Shown here: positions 49,553 through 62,391 of the stretch, piece by piece
Layout: every line of letters starts with the position of its first letter
Numbering within the stretch: position 1 is the stretch's first letter
Assembly (NCBI RefSeq): GCF_003334305.1
Contig: NZ_QOWS01000002.1
Origin: Escherichia coli
Lineage (GTDB): Bacteria > Pseudomonadota > Gammaproteobacteria > Enterobacterales > Enterobacteriaceae
DNA: 64,000 nt
Reading direction: 5' to 3' (one strand)
The notes under the pieces: model-generated
Told to the model about the DNA's origin: nothing
Database searches by the model: none
The model's input: only the letters and a program-made list of their open reading frames with translations
Program-made: the position numbers and the translations under genes

Positions 49553-49850
49553 TGATACCTCTGTAACCACAATTTTGTTTAATTATCTTAGCGTGCACAT
49601 TTTCTGAACATACATGCAGCGCGTGAATGTGTTAAACAATAGTAGATGACTTTATCGGCAGTAATCAAAGGTTTTGAGCGAGCAACTCTGCGTCAGGAAA
49701 GGGCATTTTCCTGAATATGTTCACATCATATAAAGAAATACAGATAAAGTTATTATCTGCTTGTGGTGGTGAATGCACTGACCGGCTATAAGGAAAGGCC
49801 AAACAAGAACACGGTTGCAAAAACCGTGCCCTTAAATATTGAATCTCTAT

Positions 49851-50147
49851 TCAGAACACTTTCTTAAATGGTTTCACTGAAACGTGTTCATAGACTCCTG
49901 CCGCTACGTACGGGTCAGCATCGGCCCAGGCCTGAGCTGCTTCCAGCGATTCAAATTCAGCAATAACGGTTGAGCCAGTAAATCCCGCAGCCCCTGGATC
50001 GTTACTGTCTACCGCTGGCATTGGACCAGCTGTCAACAAACGACCTTCATCATGCAGTAACTGTAAACGTGCTAAATGTGCCGGACGAACGGAAAGGCGT
50101 TTTTCGAGGCTATCAGCTTTGTCTTGAGCGTAAATAACATACAACAC
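49851..50147 (-). CDS. yciI: YciI-like protein
   Basis: Track ORF trimmed to GTG giving (M)[24 protein letters not shown]..., 98 aa. Confidence 0.85.
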
Positions 50148-50302
50148 GGGCACAACTCCTTGTTCGGGAAAGTTGTAAAGTACGTTATTTGAAAGGGCGA
50201 AGATCTGCAACGGAAAGATGATGTCTTTGTTAAGACCATGCATAAATTAAGGTCAATTACGCCAAAAATGACATTTTCACTGATCCTGATCGTCTTGCCT
50301 TA

Positions 50303-50327
50303 TTGAATATGATTGCTATTTGCATTT
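50303..50327 (+). promoter_or_regulatory. Fur box overlapping the tonB promoter
   Basis: ttgaatatgattgctatttgcattt, AT-rich dyad resembling the Fur consensus, about 45 nt upstream of tonB ATG. Confidence 0.6.
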
Positions 50328-50370
50328 AAAATCGAGACCTGGTTTTTCTACTGAAATGATTATGACTTCA

Positions 50371-51090
50371 ATGACCCTTGATTTACCTCGCCGCTTCCCC
50401 TGGCCGACGTTACTTTCGGTCTGCATTCATGGTGCTGTTGTGGCGGGTCTGCTCTATACCTCGGTACATCAGGTTATTGAACTACCTGCGCCTGCGCAGC
50501 CAATTTCTGTCACGATGGTTGCGCCTGCTGATCTCGAACCGCCACAAGCCGTTCAGCCGCCACCGGAGCCGGTGGTAGAGCCAGAACCGGAACCTGAGCC
50601 GATCCCCGAACCACCAAAAGAAGCACCGGCGGTCATTGAAAAGCCGAAGCCGAAACCTAAGCCAAAACCGAAGCCGGTGAAAAAGGTACAGGAGCAGCCA
50701 AAACGCGATGTCAAACCCGTAGAGTCGCGTCCGGCATCACCGTTTGAAAATACGGCACCCGCACGCCTGACATCAAGTACGGCAACGGCTGCAACCAGCA
50801 AGCCGGTTACCAGTGTGGCTTCAGGACCACGCGCATTAAGCCGTAATCAGCCGCAGTATCCGGCACGAGCACAGGCATTGCGCATTGAAGGGCAGGTTAA
50901 AGTTAAATTTGACGTCACGCCGGATGGTCGCGTGGATAACGTACAAATCCTCTCAGCCAAGCCTGCGAACATGTTTGAGCGTGAGGTGAAAAATGCGATG
51001 CGCAGATGGCGTTATGAGCCGGGTAAGCCAGGCAGTGGGATTGTGGTGAATATCCTGTTTAAAATTAACGGCACCACCGAAATTCAGTAA
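50371..51090 (+). CDS. tonB: Energy transducer TonB
   Basis: Track ORF trimmed to ATG at 50371 giving [26 protein letters not shown]..., 239 aa; Pro-rich EP/KP repeats. Confidence 0.93.
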   Translation: MTLDLPRRFPWPTLLSVCIHGAVVAGLLYTSVHQVIELPAPAQPISVTMVAPADLEPPQAVQPPPEPVVEPEPEPEPIPEPPKEAPAVIEKPKPKPKPKPKPVKKVQEQPKRDVKPVESRPASPFENTAPARLTSSTATAATSKPVTSVASGPRALSRNQPQYPARAQALRIEGQVKVKFDVTPDGRVDNVQILSAKPANMFEREVKNAMRRWRYEPGKPGSGIVVNILFKINGTTEIQ

Positions 51091-51097
51091 GCAGAAA

Positions 51098-51127
51098 GTC
51101 AAAAGCCTCCGACCGGAGGCTTTTGAC
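51098..51127. terminator. Bidirectional hairpin terminator between tonB and yciA
   Basis: gtcaaaagcctccgaccggaggcttttgac, symmetric with flanking A and T runs. Confidence 0.65.
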
Positions 51128-51129
51128 TA

Positions 51130-51528
51130 TTACTCAACAGGTAAGGCGCGAGGTTTTCCTTCAGGATCAACCGCGACATACTTAAATAATGCTTCTGTCG
51201 CTTTATAGCGTTGCCCGATTGGTTCAGACGCTACTTTTTTCACCCACACTTCAATATTAATGCTGACCGATGTCGTCCCTTTCTGGACACAGCGTGCATA
51301 GCAGCACACCACATCGCCGACCGCAACCGGCCGTAAGAAAGTCATTCCTTCAACCCGCACGGTCACTACGCGACCGTGGGCAATTTCTTTCGCCAGAATA
51401 GCGCCGCCAATATCCATTTGTGACATTAACCAACCACCAAAGATGTCACCGTTGGCATTGGTATCGGCGGGCATGGCTAAAGTACGTAAAACAAGATCGC
51501 CCTGAGGGACGTTATGTGTTGTAGACAT
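51130..51528 (-). CDS. yciA: Acyl-CoA thioesterase YciA
   Basis: Track ORF 132 aa, hotdog-fold type. Confidence 0.9.
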   Translation of the reverse strand: MSTTHNVPQGDLVLRTLAMPADTNANGDIFGGWLMSQMDIGGAILAKEIAHGRVVTVRVEGMTFLRPVAVGDVVCCYARCVQKGTTSVSINIEVWVKKVASEPIGQRYKATEALFKYVAVDPEGKPRALPVE

Positions 51529-51632
51529 GGTAAAACCGACTTAAAAGGAAAATCACAGGCGCGATGCTACTATGATTTTCCTGAGGAGAACAGAGGAGAT
51601 ACAGCGCCAGCCCCGAAGGACTGGCAGTCTGG

Positions 51633-52172
51633 TTAGGATTTATCTTCCTGCGGCATGTGGCGGTAGATATAGATACCGCTTAACAATGTGAAGATTAAGG
51701 TAAGGGCGGTCAGTCCAAAGACTTTAAAGTTGACCCAAATATTTTGCGGCAGCCAGAATGCGATGTAGATGTTTGCCAGACCGCAAAGGATAAAGAAAAC
51801 AGCCCAGGCCAGATTCAGCTTCGACCATACCGGTTGCGGCAGCGTGAGTTCTTTACCCAGCATCCGCTGAATTAGCGGCTTTTTCATCACCCATTGGCTG
51901 ACTAACAGGGCTCCCGCAAACAGAGCATAAATGACTGTAACCTTCCATTTAATAAACTCATCATTGTGGAAGAACAGCGTCAAGCCACCGAAGACGACCA
52001 CCAGAACAAAAGTGATCAGGGCCATCTTCTCAACCTTACGAAAGCGAACCCAGCTATAGATAAGCACAATCGCCGTGGCGACGATCAGCGCCGCAGTAGC
52101 CGCATAGATGTCATAAATCTTGTAAAACGCGAAAAAGACAACCAGCGGTAAAAAATCAAGAAACTGCTTCAT
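51633..52172 (-). CDS. yciB: Inner-membrane protein YciB
   Basis: Track ORF 179 aa, hydrophobic. Confidence 0.9.
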   Translation of the reverse strand: MKQFLDFLPLVVFFAFYKIYDIYAATAALIVATAIVLIYSWVRFRKVEKMALITFVLVVVFGGLTLFFHNDEFIKWKVTVIYALFAGALLVSQWVMKKPLIQRMLGKELTLPQPVWSKLNLAWAVFFILCGLANIYIAFWLPQNIWVNFKVFGLTALTLIFTLLSGIYIYRHMPQEDKS

Positions 52173-52201
52173 TTTACGATTCCGTAATCAAATGCTTAAG
52201 G

Positions 52202-52945
52202 TTATTGGCGAATCAACATATACAGGCGGAACAGATAGATGAGCAATATGGCAGAAATCAGGTTGCTCAAGGTGTTCGCCAGTACGGCACCAATTTCCGG
52301 GGTTAATGCGGCAAAAGAAGAGGCAAAAAGCAGCAACAGTGTTTTTGCCAGCAACCAGCTCAGTACTGCGGGTGCCACCAGACGCATATTCGCCCAAGTC
52401 AGCCGCATACTGCTACGCATCGAGGCAAAAATGCCCATTTTGTCCTGTACCAGCATCACCGGTGCCAGGGCCAGTAAAATGGCCATGATAATTCCCGGAA
52501 CGACCACCAGCATGATGCCAATCTGTACTAAAAGGGTAGTCAGAAAAATCAGAATAAATAACTTGGGCAATATCGGCGCACTGGCACCAATAGCTCGCAG
52601 CGCACTGACTCTCTGACCCGCAGACACCAGCTGGATAATTAATATTACGCCTCCGGCGAGAATGGCGTTACCGATTAATCCTGAAAAAGTGGACGCCGCT
52701 GAAGCCTGCAGCAAAATTTGTTGCTGTTCCGGTGACATATTCTGAACCAGGTCGAACAACCCACTACTGCCGCTAACGGGCACGCCGTCATTGAGCTGCG
52801 CAAGCTGTGCATCACTGGGTGAGAAAACATGCCCTAACACCACTGTGATAAACGCACATAGCAACGATACCAACAGAATGGTCATAAATTGATTACGGAA
52901 GAAATTTCCGGTGTCACGGTATACGGACTGCGCCGTGATAGACAT
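52202..52945 (-). CDS. yciC: UPF0259 membrane protein YciC
   Basis: Track ORF 247 aa, hydrophobic. Confidence 0.88.
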   Translation of the reverse strand: MSITAQSVYRDTGNFFRNQFMTILLVSLLCAFITVVLGHVFSPSDAQLAQLNDGVPVSGSSGLFDLVQNMSPEQQQILLQASAASTFSGLIGNAILAGGVILIIQLVSAGQRVSALRAIGASAPILPKLFILIFLTTLLVQIGIMLVVVPGIIMAILLALAPVMLVQDKMGIFASMRSSMRLTWANMRLVAPAVLSWLLAKTLLLLFASSFAALTPEIGAVLANTLSNLISAILLIYLFRLYMLIRQ

Positions 52946-53301
52946 GCACTCTCCTTGAGTTTTATGCAGGTGTTAATTAGCGGGCAATTGTACCCTGGTT
53001 AAGCCTCGGGTGGCAGCATCAGGTCTTGTATGGAAAAGCATATCTTTGTAAAGCGGAGGTAATTGCTGGCCTTCAGGCGTGGGCAAACCGCGGCAAGTGG
53101 CGAACGAGTTAATATTTGCGTAGCGAAAATATTTAAAAATTGATTTAAATCACGTTAACCAGGATTCTCAATGCAACTTCTAAATTAATCCAGATCAATA
53201 AATGGTGAATTATCATATGTAATGTGATCTATGTAGGATCATTTGTTACTCCAATGTAGGTATATTCGTCACGTTTTTATAACCATAACGACGGAGCGGA
53301 T

Positions 53302-53940
53302 ATGAAAAAGTTAACAGTGGCGGCTTTGGCAGTAACAACTCTTCTCTCTGGCAGTGCCTTTGCGCATGAAGCAGGCGAATTTTTTATGCGTGCAGGTTCT
53401 GCAACCGTACGTCCAACAGAAGGTGCTGGTGGTACGTTAGGAAGTCTGGGTGGATTCAGCGTGACCAATAACACTCAACTGGGCCTGACGTTTACTTATA
53501 TGGCGACCGACAACATTGGTGTGGAATTACTGGCAGCGACGCCGTTCCGCCATAAAATCGGCACCCGGGCGACCGGCGATATTGCAACCGTTCACCATCT
53601 GCCGCCAACACTGATGGCGCAGTGGTATTTTGGTGATGCCAGCAGCAAATTCCGTCCTTACGTTGGGGCCGGTATTAACTACACCACCTTCTTTGATAAT
53701 GGATTTAACGATCATGGCAAAGAGGCGGGGCTTTCCGATCTCAGTCTGAAAGATTCCTGGGGAGCTGCCGGGCAGGTGGGGGTTGATTATCTGATTAACC
53801 GTGACTGGTTGGTTAACATGTCAGTGTGGTACATGGATATCGATACCACCGCCAATTATAAGCTAGGCGGTGCACAGCAACACGATAGCGTACGCCTCGA
53901 TCCGTGGGTGTTTATGTTCTCAGCAGGATATCGTTTTTAA
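53302..53940 (+). CDS. ompW: Outer-membrane protein W
   Basis: Track ORF 212 aa with signal peptide and C-terminal aromatic residue (YRF). Confidence 0.93.
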   Translation: MKKLTVAALAVTTLLSGSAFAHEAGEFFMRAGSATVRPTEGAGGTLGSLGGFSVTNNTQLGLTFTYMATDNIGVELLAATPFRHKIGTRATGDIATVHHLPPTLMAQWYFGDASSKFRPYVGAGINYTTFFDNGFNDHGKEAGLSDLSLKDSWGAAGQVGVDYLINRDWLVNMSVWYMDIDTTANYKLGGAQQHDSVRLDPWVFMFSAGYRF

Positions 53941-53999
53941 TTCCGCACAAAAACGACCCCGTAATATACGGGGTCAATAAGGACATGGTATAAAGGGTA

Positions 54000-54506
54000 T
54001 TATTTCTTCGCTTCTACGCCATCAGTTTCAGAACGAATTAAAAATTTCTCAGTTGTTTGCGGAATATGCTGAATCAGCCAGTCGGCCATTTGCTTTTCCT
54101 CATTTAAAATCGCTTCGATGATCGGAATTGAGACTGTATCACCGGCATTTTTTGCTGCTGCTAATAGTGAGGTGTAACAGGCGATTTCAAATTGCTCGAA
54201 GACATATCCGCTAATAGAGCCTTTAACTATTTCATCAGAAGGGAATATACCACCGATTGACTGCCCAAGCGCAGCCATTTTACTCATGGAATCTTTAATG
54301 ACTGAACGTGAAATGTCATTACGATCAAGAATAGTTTCCAGTTGAACAATCTGGTTTTTGGTTTCACTAAGATGTTGTTCAATACGAGCGCGTAGTTCAG
54401 GATAATTATCTATACGACTGGCCATGGATTCAAGCATAGATTCGGCTTGCTTTTCCATTGCGTGGGCGTCACGTAACCAGTCATGATAATGTTCAATACG
54501 ATTCAT
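54000..54506 (-). CDS. yciE: Ferritin-like stress protein YciE
   Basis: Track ORF 168 aa. Confidence 0.88.
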   Translation of the reverse strand: MNRIEHYHDWLRDAHAMEKQAESMLESMASRIDNYPELRARIEQHLSETKNQIVQLETILDRNDISRSVIKDSMSKMAALGQSIGGIFPSDEIVKGSISGYVFEQFEIACYTSLLAAAKNAGDTVSIPIIEAILNEEKQMADWLIQHIPQTTEKFLIRSETDGVEAKK

Positions 54507-54551
54507 GAAAATGTCCTCTTTATAAAATGACTAAAAGTTAAAATTCATATT

Positions 54552-55052
54552 TCAGGCTTTATTTTCGGCTTTCTTATTTACGTTATTAAGGGCCAGATCA
54601 GTCAGTTTGATGTCGGTGGCCTTTTCTTCTTCCAGGGTTTCTTTCAGAAGCTTCGCTGCTTTACGGTAACCTAATTGTTCAGCCAGCGTCGCTAATGTCC
54701 CGTAACTGGCAATCTCATAATGCTCGACTTTCTGTGCTGCGGCAATCAGTGCGGCATCACGCACTTCGTTTTTCTCGGTACTTTCGATGACCTCATTAGC
54801 TTCTTCAATAAGACCTTCCATTGCCACACATTTCATGCGCTTAATTTTCAGGTTCGATTCGGACTCCACAACTTGATCAATACGTTCAATCTGTCCATGA
54901 GTTTCCTCGAGGTGCGCATGAAAAGCCTGACTTAATTTTTCATTTGATGTTGCTCTTGCGAGTTTTGCCAGTGCCCGGGTTAATTGTTTTTCTGCGCTGT
55001 AGGTATCTGAAAGCAGGTGAATAAATACATCTTCAATGGTCTTGATATTCAT
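54552..55052 (-). CDS. yciF: Ferritin-like stress protein YciF
   Basis: Track ORF trimmed to internal ATG giving MNIKTIEDVFIHLLSDTYSAEKQL..., 166 aa. Confidence 0.88.
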   Translation of the reverse strand: MNIKTIEDVFIHLLSDTYSAEKQLTRALAKLARATSNEKLSQAFHAHLEETHGQIERIDQVVESESNLKIKRMKCVAMEGLIEEANEVIESTEKNEVRDAALIAAAQKVEHYEIASYGTLATLAEQLGYRKAAKLLKETLEEEKATDIKLTDLALNNVNKKAENKA

Positions 55053-55137
55053 ATTTTTCTCCAGTGAAATCACTGCGAGCCATACGGCCCGCAGATGCAA
55101 TTATCTTTATCAGCTGATATTAATAATTAACGGTGAA

Positions 55138-55317
55138 TCAGGATTTACCTGATTTATTACCACCGCTTTGTTGACCGCCTTTTTTACCCGCTTCAGATGC
55201 GCGTTGCGGATCATTTTTAAAATTACCGCCGCTATGCTGACCGCCTTTACGGCCTGCGTCGGATGCCTTCTCACGGTCTTCGGCGAAATTTCCTGAACCA
55301 CCACGATGTTCGGCCAT
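55138..55317 (-). CDS. yciG: KGG-repeat stress protein YciG
   Basis: Track ORF trimmed to internal ATG giving MAEHRGGSGNFAEDREKASDAGRKGGQHSGGN..., 59 aa. Confidence 0.8.
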   Translation of the reverse strand: MAEHRGGSGNFAEDREKASDAGRKGGQHSGGNFKNDPQRASEAGKKGGQQSGGNKSGKS

Positions 55318-55661
55318 GTTATTTCTCCCGTTGCGTTGCATTGTTTCATTAATATGAGTGTTGTGTGTCGACACTCATTAAAATTAGTCGCTAATGAGAA
55401 TTAGTCAAATTAAGCGCAACGAGAAGATAGAGGGAAAATATATTTTGAGGAACATTCTGGATATATTAACAATTACCTGAGGAATAAGTGACTTAGAGAA
55501 AATTATTGATTTTACTGGTGTTATGTTGCGGGATTAATTTGTTTGATTATATTACTGTTGGGCGGAAAAATGACGTAAGTTGACGTTCGACCGGGGTAAG
55601 CGAAACGGTAAAAAGATAAATATTAAATGAATTTAGGATTTTTCCGGCTTCATTAAAGAAA

Positions 55662-55691
55662 GTTAAAATGCCGCCAGCGGAACTGGCGGCT
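55662..55691 (-). terminator. trp operon terminator after trpA
   Basis: gccgccagcggaactggcggc hairpin with adjacent A-run on the plus strand, immediately past the trpA stop. Confidence 0.65.
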
Positions 55692-55697
55692 GTGGGA

Positions 55698-56504
55698 TTA
55701 ACTGCGCGTCGCCGCTTTCATCGGTTGTACAAAAACTTTCAGTGCCGCCAGCATTTTCTCTGGCTCATTAATATGTTGCTCGATGATTTTAACAATGGCC
55801 GAACCAGAAATCGCGCCCGCAGCTCCTGCATCAATCGCTGCTTTTACCTGATCCGGGGCGGAAATACCAAACCCCTGCAATGGAGGTGCAGCGTTGTACT
55901 CTTTCAGCTTCGCAACCAGATGATTGAGGGGTAACGCGGCGCGGTTTTCTGCGCCGGTCACGCCCGCTCGTGACAGCAAATAGGTGTAACCACGACCGTA
56001 AGAGGCTATCTGGCGCAGCAGGTCGTCATCGGCATTTGGCGGGCAGATGAAGATAGGTGCGACATTATGGCGCAACGCGGCCTGGCGGAAGGGCGCGGAC
56101 TCTTCAATTGGCACATCGGCAACCAGCACCGAATCGACGCCGACTTTCTCGCACTGGGCATAAAACTCATCAATGCCTTTGTTAAACACCAGATTGGCAT
56201 ACATCAACAGGCCAATGGGAATGGTCGGGTGTTTCTGGCGAATCAGTGCCAGCATTTCAAAACATTGTGCCGGAGTCACACCTGCCGCAAAGGCGCGCAG
56301 AGTGGCGTTTTGAATGGTCGGGCCATCCGCCAGTGGGTCGGAGAAGGGGATACCTAACTCCAGCGCGTCAGCACCGGCTTCAATTAGCGTATCGATAATT
56401 TTCAATGACTGCTCAATGCCCGGATCACCGAGCGTGACGAAAGGAACGAATGCGCCTTCTTTGCGCTCCTTCAACTGGGCAAACAGAGATTCGTAGCGTT
56501 CCAT
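55698..56504 (-). CDS. trpA: Tryptophan synthase alpha chain
   Basis: Track ORF 268 aa [28 protein letters not shown]... Confidence 0.97.
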   Translation of the reverse strand: MERYESLFAQLKERKEGAFVPFVTLGDPGIEQSLKIIDTLIEAGADALELGIPFSDPLADGPTIQNATLRAFAAGVTPAQCFEMLALIRQKHPTIPIGLLMYANLVFNKGIDEFYAQCEKVGVDSVLVADVPIEESAPFRQAALRHNVAPIFICPPNADDDLLRQIASYGRGYTYLLSRAGVTGAENRAALPLNHLVAKLKEYNAAPPLQGFGISAPDQVKAAIDAGAAGAISGSAIVKIIEQHINEPEKMLAALKVFVQPMKAATRS

Positions 56505-57697
56505 CAGATTTCCCCTCGTGCTTTCAAAATATCGTGAACGGTGAAGATGTCTTTATCGCCGCGACCGGAAAGGTTAACCACCAGTAGCTGCTCTTTATCC
56601 GGGTTTTCGCGCATCATTTTCAACGCATGGGCCAGGGCGTGGGAGGATTCCAGCGCCGGGATGATCCCTTCGTGCAGGCACAGCGTTTTGAAGGCTTCAA
56701 GGGCTTCATCATCGGTAATAGACACGTAATCAGCGCGTCCAGTGCTGTTAAGATACGCGTGTTGTGGGCCGACAGACGGGAAATCCAGTCCGGCGGAGAT
56801 GGAGTAAGATTCTTCAATCTGCCCGTCTTCGGTTTGCATCATCGGCGCTTTCATACCGAAATAGATACCCACGCGACCATGTTTTAGCGGTGCGCCGTGC
56901 TCGCCAGTTTCGATACCGTGACCACCTGGCTCCACACCAATCAGGCCGACGTTGGTTTCATTGATGAAATCAGCAAACATGCCGATGGCATTCGAACCGC
57001 CGCCAACACAGGCGATAACGGCATCCGGCAGGCGACCTTCTCTTTCCAGAATCTGCGCTTTGGTTTCTTCGCCAATCATCCGCTGAAACTCACGCACAAT
57101 GGTCGGATAAGGATGCGGGCCAGCTGCGGTGCCCAGCATATAGTGCGCGGTTTCGTAACTACCGGACCAGTCGCGCAGCGCCTCGTTACAGGCATCTTTC
57201 AGCGTCGCGGAACCGCTATGCACCGGGATCACTTCCGCACCCATTAAGCGCATACGAAAAACGTTAGGCGACTGGCGTTCAACGTCTTTGGCACCCATAT
57301 AAATACGGCATTTCAGGCCGAGCAGGGCGCTGGCAAGGGCCGACGCCACGCCATGCTGACCGGCACCGGTTTCGGCGATGATTTCGGTTTTACCCATCCG
57401 CTTCGCCAGCAACGCCTGCCCCAGCACCTGGTTAGTTTTATGCGCGCCGCCGTGCAGCAAATCTTCACGCTTGAGATACAGCGTGGTGTTCGTCCCGGCT
57501 GTAATGTTCTGGCATTTGGTCAGCGCGGTTGGACGCCCGGCATAGTTTTTCAGCAGGTCGTTGAACTGAGCCTGAAATTCAGGATCTTTTTGCGCACTGA
57601 CAAAAGCTTCTTCCAGCTGGCGCAGAGCAGGCATCAGGATTTGTGGCACGTACATGCCGCCAAACTCACCAAAATAGGGGTTAAGTAATGTTGTCAT
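56504..57697 (-). CDS. trpB: Tryptophan synthase beta chain
   Basis: Track ORF 397 aa [25 protein letters not shown]...; 1-nt overlap with trpA. Confidence 0.97.
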
Positions 57698-57708
57698 TGT
57701 TCCTTTCC

Positions 57709-59070
57709 TTAATATGCGCGCAGCGTCTGGAAAACCGAGGCCAAAAGACGTGCGTCTTTGATGCCCGGTTGCGACTCTACAGCAGAATTAAAATCAAGTC
57801 CGGCGCAGCCGGTTTGTGCCGCTTCCACGCAGTTATCTGCGCCTAAGCCCCCCGCCAGCAGAACGTTGCCAAGCGATTGACCATTTAATAGTGACCAGTC
57901 AAAACGTTGCCCGCTTCCACCCTGGCCGTTGTCTAAAACATATTTATCAACGTGCTGAAACTCGCGGGCGGGCAGGGTTTCACCGACGCTTAATGCTTTC
58001 CAGATGGCAACATGTGCTGGCAGAGCTTCACGCAGCGTATCGATATACAGCTGTTCTTCATTACCATGCAGTTGCACTGCCGCCAGCGATAACACCTTAG
58101 CTTTGTCCACCACATCGGCAATATCGTGATTGCGGAACACGCCAACATACTGCAACGGTGCCGCAGCCATCACTTCCTGCGCCTGTTCAACGTTGACGCA
58201 ACGCGGTGATGTCGCAACAAAAATCAACCCACCGTAAATCGCGCCCGCGTCATAAGCTGCTTTAGCATCTTGCCCACGCGTCAGGCCACATACTTTATTC
58301 TCACCCAGCAACACCCGGCGCACGGCGGCGTGCAAATCGTCATGGGCCATCAACGCCGAACCAATCAGAAAACCGTTAGCGAAGTGGCTTAACTCGCGCA
58401 CCTGAGCGTAAGTATTGATGCCGGATTCGCTGATTACCGTCACGTTGTGCCCCAGTTTCGGCGCAAGCTCGCGGGTACGGTTGAGATCAATCGACAAATC
58501 ACGCAGATCGCGGTTGTTGATGCCAACGACCTTTGCCCCCAATGCAATGGCACGCTCCAGTTCCTCTTCATTACTGACTTCGGTCAGCACACCCATCTCC
58601 AGACTGTGGGCGACGGCGGCAAGCTGGCGATATTGTTCGTCATCCAGTACTGAAAGCATTAATAAGCAGGCATCAGCCTGGTAATAGCGCGCCAGATAGA
58701 TCTGGTAAGGATCGATAATGAAGTCTTTACATAAAATCGGCTGCGGGGCGATTTGGCTGACGATGGGGAGGAAATCAAAGCTCCCCTGAAAATATTTCTC
58801 ATCAGTCAGCACCGAAATTGCCGAAGCGTAATGTTTATAAATGGCGGCAATGCGTGCTGGATCGAAATCATCACGGATCACGCCTTTTGACGGCGACGCT
58901 TTCTTGCACTCCAGAATAAACGCCGTGCGCGCACCCTGTAGCGCATCATAAAAATGTCGCGTGCTCGGCTGAACCTCATTCTGAAAACTGGCCAGCGGTT
59001 GCTGCTGTTTGCGGGTTTCTACCCAAATCGCCTTGTCTGCGACGATTTTCGCTAAAACGGTTTGCATCAT
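57709..59070 (-). CDS. trpC: Bifunctional indole-3-glycerol-phosphate synthase / phosphoribosylanthranilate isomerase
   Basis: Track ORF 453 aa. Confidence 0.97.
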   Translation of the reverse strand: MMQTVLAKIVADKAIWVETRKQQQPLASFQNEVQPSTRHFYDALQGARTAFILECKKASPSKGVIRDDFDPARIAAIYKHYASAISVLTDEKYFQGSFDFLPIVSQIAPQPILCKDFIIDPYQIYLARYYQADACLLMLSVLDDEQYRQLAAVAHSLEMGVLTEVSNEEELERAIALGAKVVGINNRDLRDLSIDLNRTRELAPKLGHNVTVISESGINTYAQVRELSHFANGFLIGSALMAHDDLHAAVRRVLLGENKVCGLTRGQDAKAAYDAGAIYGGLIFVATSPRCVNVEQAQEVMAAAPLQYVGVFRNHDIADVVDKAKVLSLAAVQLHGNEEQLYIDTLREALPAHVAIWKALSVGETLPAREFQHVDKYVLDNGQGGSGQRFDWSLLNGQSLGNVLLAGGLGADNCVEAAQTGCAGLDFNSAVESQPGIKDARLLASVFQTLRAY

Positions 59071-60666
59071 TTACCCTCGTGCCGCCAGTGCGGTAACTCT
59101 GTCGTAAGCGGAACCACTGCGCAGTACCTCAAGAACGGTTTGCGCATTGGCTTGCAGATCTTCATGGCCATGCAGGCGCATTAACATGGCGACGTTCGCA
59201 GCGACGGCTGCTTCATGGGCGGCGTCGCCTTTACCTTGTAACAAGCGTGTTAAAATGTCACGGTTTTCTTCCGGTGTTCCGCCTGCCAGTTGCTCCTGGT
59301 GGTAGGGAGTCAGGCCAAAATCTTCAGCGGTCAATTGATAGCTCTTAATTTCGCCGTCATGCAGCTCGGCAACGATTGTCGGCGCGTGTAATGAAACTTC
59401 ATCCATCCCGCCGCTGTGCACCACCGCCGCGCGTTGATACCCCAGCACGCGCAAGGTTTCGGCAATCGGCAGCACCAGTTCCGGACTATAAACACCAATT
59501 AACGCCAGCGGCGGATGCGCCGGGTTAATCAATGGCCCCAGCACATTGAACAGGGTGCGGGTTTTCAGTTGCTGGCGAACCGGCATCGCGTGGCGGAATC
59601 CGGTGTGATACTTCGGCGCAAAGAGGAAACATACACCTAACTCATCCAGCGCCTGGCGCGATTTATCGGCGTTCATATCAAGATTAATACCGAACGCCGC
59701 CAGCAGATCGGACGAACCAGATTTACTGGAGACGCTACGGTTGCCGTGTTTCGCCACTTTCAGCCCACAGGCCGCGGCGACAAACGCACTGGCGGTAGAA
59801 ATATTGATACTGTTGCTGCCGTCACCGCCAGTACCGACGATATCAGCAAACAGATAATCCGGGCGCGGGAACGGCGCGGCGTTTTCCAGTAGCGCGGTTG
59901 CTGCTCCGGCGATCTCGTTCGGGTGCTCACCGCGAATTTTCATGCTCACCAGCGCCGCCGCCAGTTGTTCCGGCTTCAGCTCGCCACGCACCACCGCTGA
60001 AAACAGCTGGTGGCTTTCTTGTTGGCTAAGCGTCTGCGCCTGATACAGTTTTTCCAGAATCGGTTGCAGCGTGTTGGCTGGCTCTAGTTTCTGCTGCGCC
60101 CAGGCCAGCGTTTGTTCCAGCAGGCGAGCGCCCTGGGTGGTGAGAATGGATTCCGGATGGAACTGGAATCCACAAACGCGATCCGCATCGTGACGTACTG
60201 CCATCACCATGCCATTAAAATGGGCGTTGATGGTTAAACCGGCCGGAATGTTACTGCCAACCAGCGAGTGATAACGCGCCACCGGCAGCGGGTTTGTTAA
60301 TCCGGCAAACATCGCCTGACCGTCATGTTCAATGCTCGACGCTTTACCGTGAAGAATTTCGCCCGCCTGACCGACATACCCCCCATAAGCTTCGACAATC
60401 GCCTGATGACCGAGGCAAATGCCAATAATGGGCAGCTTGCCACGCAAGCGGGTGAGGAGTTCCGGCATACAACCGGCTTCGCTCGGCACACCGGGGCCAG
60501 GAGAAAGCATCAGTACCGGATTGCTCATCGTCGCCAGGCGTTCAATTAAGGTCTGCGCCGGAATATGGTTGCGGTAAATCACCACATTATGCCCATTGCT
60601 GCGCAACTGATCTGCCAGGTTGTACGTAAAAGAGTCGATATTATCGAGCAGCAGAATGTCAGCCAT
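59071..60666 (-). CDS. trpD: Anthranilate synthase component II / anthranilate phosphoribosyltransferase
   Basis: Track ORF 531 aa with N-terminal glutamine amidotransferase region. Confidence 0.97.
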   Translation of the reverse strand: MADILLLDNIDSFTYNLADQLRSNGHNVVIYRNHIPAQTLIERLATMSNPVLMLSPGPGVPSEAGCMPELLTRLRGKLPIIGICLGHQAIVEAYGGYVGQAGEILHGKASSIEHDGQAMFAGLTNPLPVARYHSLVGSNIPAGLTINAHFNGMVMAVRHDADRVCGFQFHPESILTTQGARLLEQTLAWAQQKLEPANTLQPILEKLYQAQTLSQQESHQLFSAVVRGELKPEQLAAALVSMKIRGEHPNEIAGAATALLENAAPFPRPDYLFADIVGTGGDGSNSINISTASAFVAAACGLKVAKHGNRSVSSKSGSSDLLAAFGINLDMNADKSRQALDELGVCFLFAPKYHTGFRHAMPVRQQLKTRTLFNVLGPLINPAHPPLALIGVYSPELVLPIAETLRVLGYQRAAVVHSGGMDEVSLHAPTIVAELHDGEIKSYQLTAEDFGLTPYHQEQLAGGTPEENRDILTRLLQGKGDAAHEAAVAANVAMLMRLHGHEDLQANAQTVLEVLRSGSAYDRVTALAARG

Positions 60667-62228
60667 CAGAAAGTCTCCTGTGCATGATGCGCGGTGGCAA
60701 TAGCGCGCAGTACAGCGCGGGCTTTATTACGGGTTTCGTCGGCTTCCGACTGCGGAACAGAATCAAGGACTACGCCAGCACCGGCTTGCACGGTGGCGAT
60801 ACCGTTTTCCACCAGCGCCGAGCGGATCACAATGCAGGTGTCGAGATCGCCATGCGCGGTGAAATAACCTACCGCGCCGCCGTAGCTGCCGCGGCGACGA
60901 CCTTCCGCCTCGGCAATTAACTGCATGGCGCGCACTTTCGGCGCACCGCTTAACGTCCCCATATTCATACAGGCGCGGTAAGCGTGTAGGGCGTCGAGAT
61001 CGTGGCGCAGTTCACCGACCACGCGGGAGACCAGGTGCATCACGTAAGAGTAACGGTCAACTTTGGTGAGGTCGGCGACGTAGCGGCTGCCGGGGGTGCA
61101 AATGCGTGCCAGATCATTACGGGCAAGATCCACCAGCATCAGATGTTCAGAAAGCTCTTTATGATCGGTACGCATTTCCAGTTCGATGCGGCTGTCGAGG
61201 TCTCTGTCCAGCGAGCCATCGGCACGACGACCGCGTGGACGTGTTCCGGCAATCGGGTAGATCTCAATCTGGCGGCTGGTGGCGTCATACTTGAGCGAAC
61301 TTTCCGGCGACGCGCCAAACAGGGTGAAATCATTATCCTGCATAAAAAACATGTACGGGCTGGGATTACTCTTTTTCAGCACGTAATAGGCCGCCAGCGG
61401 TGACGGGCAGGGCAGAGAGAAACGGCGAGATGGCACCACCTGGAAAATTTCTCCAGCGCGAATCGCTTTTTGCAACAAACGCACTACGCCACCGAACTCT
61501 TCATCGCTCTGATTACATTCACAACGCATATGCGGCACGGAAACCACCGGCAGCGGCGGCGCGGCTTCGGTCAGTTGCTGACGTAGTTCGTTCAGGCGAG
61601 CAGTGAGACGTTGTTTTTCTTCTTCATTCGGAGCAAACAGGCTGGCCTGAATACGGGTGCTTTTTTTCTGATGGTCAATCACCATCAGAGTTTCAGCGAG
61701 ATAAAAACAGAAATCAGGGCAGTTATTTTCCGCTGACAGTTGCGGTAAATCTTCAAATCCCGCCACAAGGTCATAAGAGAACAGGCCGCCGAAGAACATT
61801 GCTTCTCGTTCTTCCTTCGGTACATTCAACAGATTCTGCAATAAACGGAAAGCGTCAAAAACCGAAAGGGAGCATAAGCGAGCGTCTTCATCCAGCAGTG
61901 GACTGACAGGGGGGAAGCGCAGCACACGGCAGTTTGGTGATTGTTCATTTTCCACACCCGCAGGCAGGGCGTTATCCAGTAGTGTCAGCAGGGCTTCGCC
62001 GTTGCCGGAAAGTGCCTGGATTGTGACAGTGTCACCTAAAGCTGTAATGCGCAGCGCACTGTCTACCAGCAGCAGGCTTTTTAAATCATCTTTGCTGTCG
62101 ATATCTGCGGATTCCAGCAGCAGCGTTGCCGGACGATCCCCACACAACTGGTGAAAAAGCGCGGTGGGATTGTCGCGATAAGCGCCTTCGCAGGTTAGCA
62201 GTTCGAGAGTCGGTTTTTGTGTTTGCAT
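60666..62228 (-). CDS. trpE: Anthranilate synthase component I
   Basis: Track ORF 520 aa [28 protein letters not shown]...; 1-nt overlap with trpD. Confidence 0.97.
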   Translation of the reverse strand: MQTQKPTLELLTCEGAYRDNPTALFHQLCGDRPATLLLESADIDSKDDLKSLLLVDSALRITALGDTVTIQALSGNGEALLTLLDNALPAGVENEQSPNCRVLRFPPVSPLLDEDARLCSLSVFDAFRLLQNLLNVPKEEREAMFFGGLFSYDLVAGFEDLPQLSAENNCPDFCFYLAETLMVIDHQKKSTRIQASLFAPNEEEKQRLTARLNELRQQLTEAAPPLPVVSVPHMRCECNQSDEEFGGVVRLLQKAIRAGEIFQVVPSRRFSLPCPSPLAAYYVLKKSNPSPYMFFMQDNDFTLFGASPESSLKYDATSRQIEIYPIAGTRPRGRRADGSLDRDLDSRIELEMRTDHKELSEHLMLVDLARNDLARICTPGSRYVADLTKVDRYSYVMHLVSRVVGELRHDLDALHAYRACMNMGTLSGAPKVRAMQLIAEAEGRRRGSYGGAVGYFTAHGDLDTCIVIRSALVENGIATVQAGAGVVLDSVPQSEADETRNKARAVLRAIATAHHAQETF

Positions 62229-62249
62229 TGTTATTCTCTAATTTTGTTC

Positions 62250-62277
62250 AAAAAAAAGCCCGCTCATTAGGCGGGCT
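62250..62277 (-). terminator. trp attenuator (3:4 hairpin plus U-run)
   Basis: Minus strand reads agcccgcctaatgagcgggcttttttttg between trpL and trpE. Confidence 0.85.
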
Positions 62278-62319
62278 GGGTATCTGATTGCTTTACGCAT
62301 GGTGAATACACTGCCCGTT

Positions 62320-62364
62320 TCAGGAAGTGCGCCACCAACCTTTCAGTACGAAAATTGCTTTCAT
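62320..62364 (-). CDS. trpL: trp leader peptide, 14 aa with tandem Trp codons
   Basis: Reverse complement ATGAAAGCAATTTTCGTACTGAAAGGTTGGTGGCGCACTTCCTGA = [14 protein letters not shown]. Confidence 0.9.
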
Positions 62365-62391
62365 TGTCGATACCCTTTTTACGTGAACTTG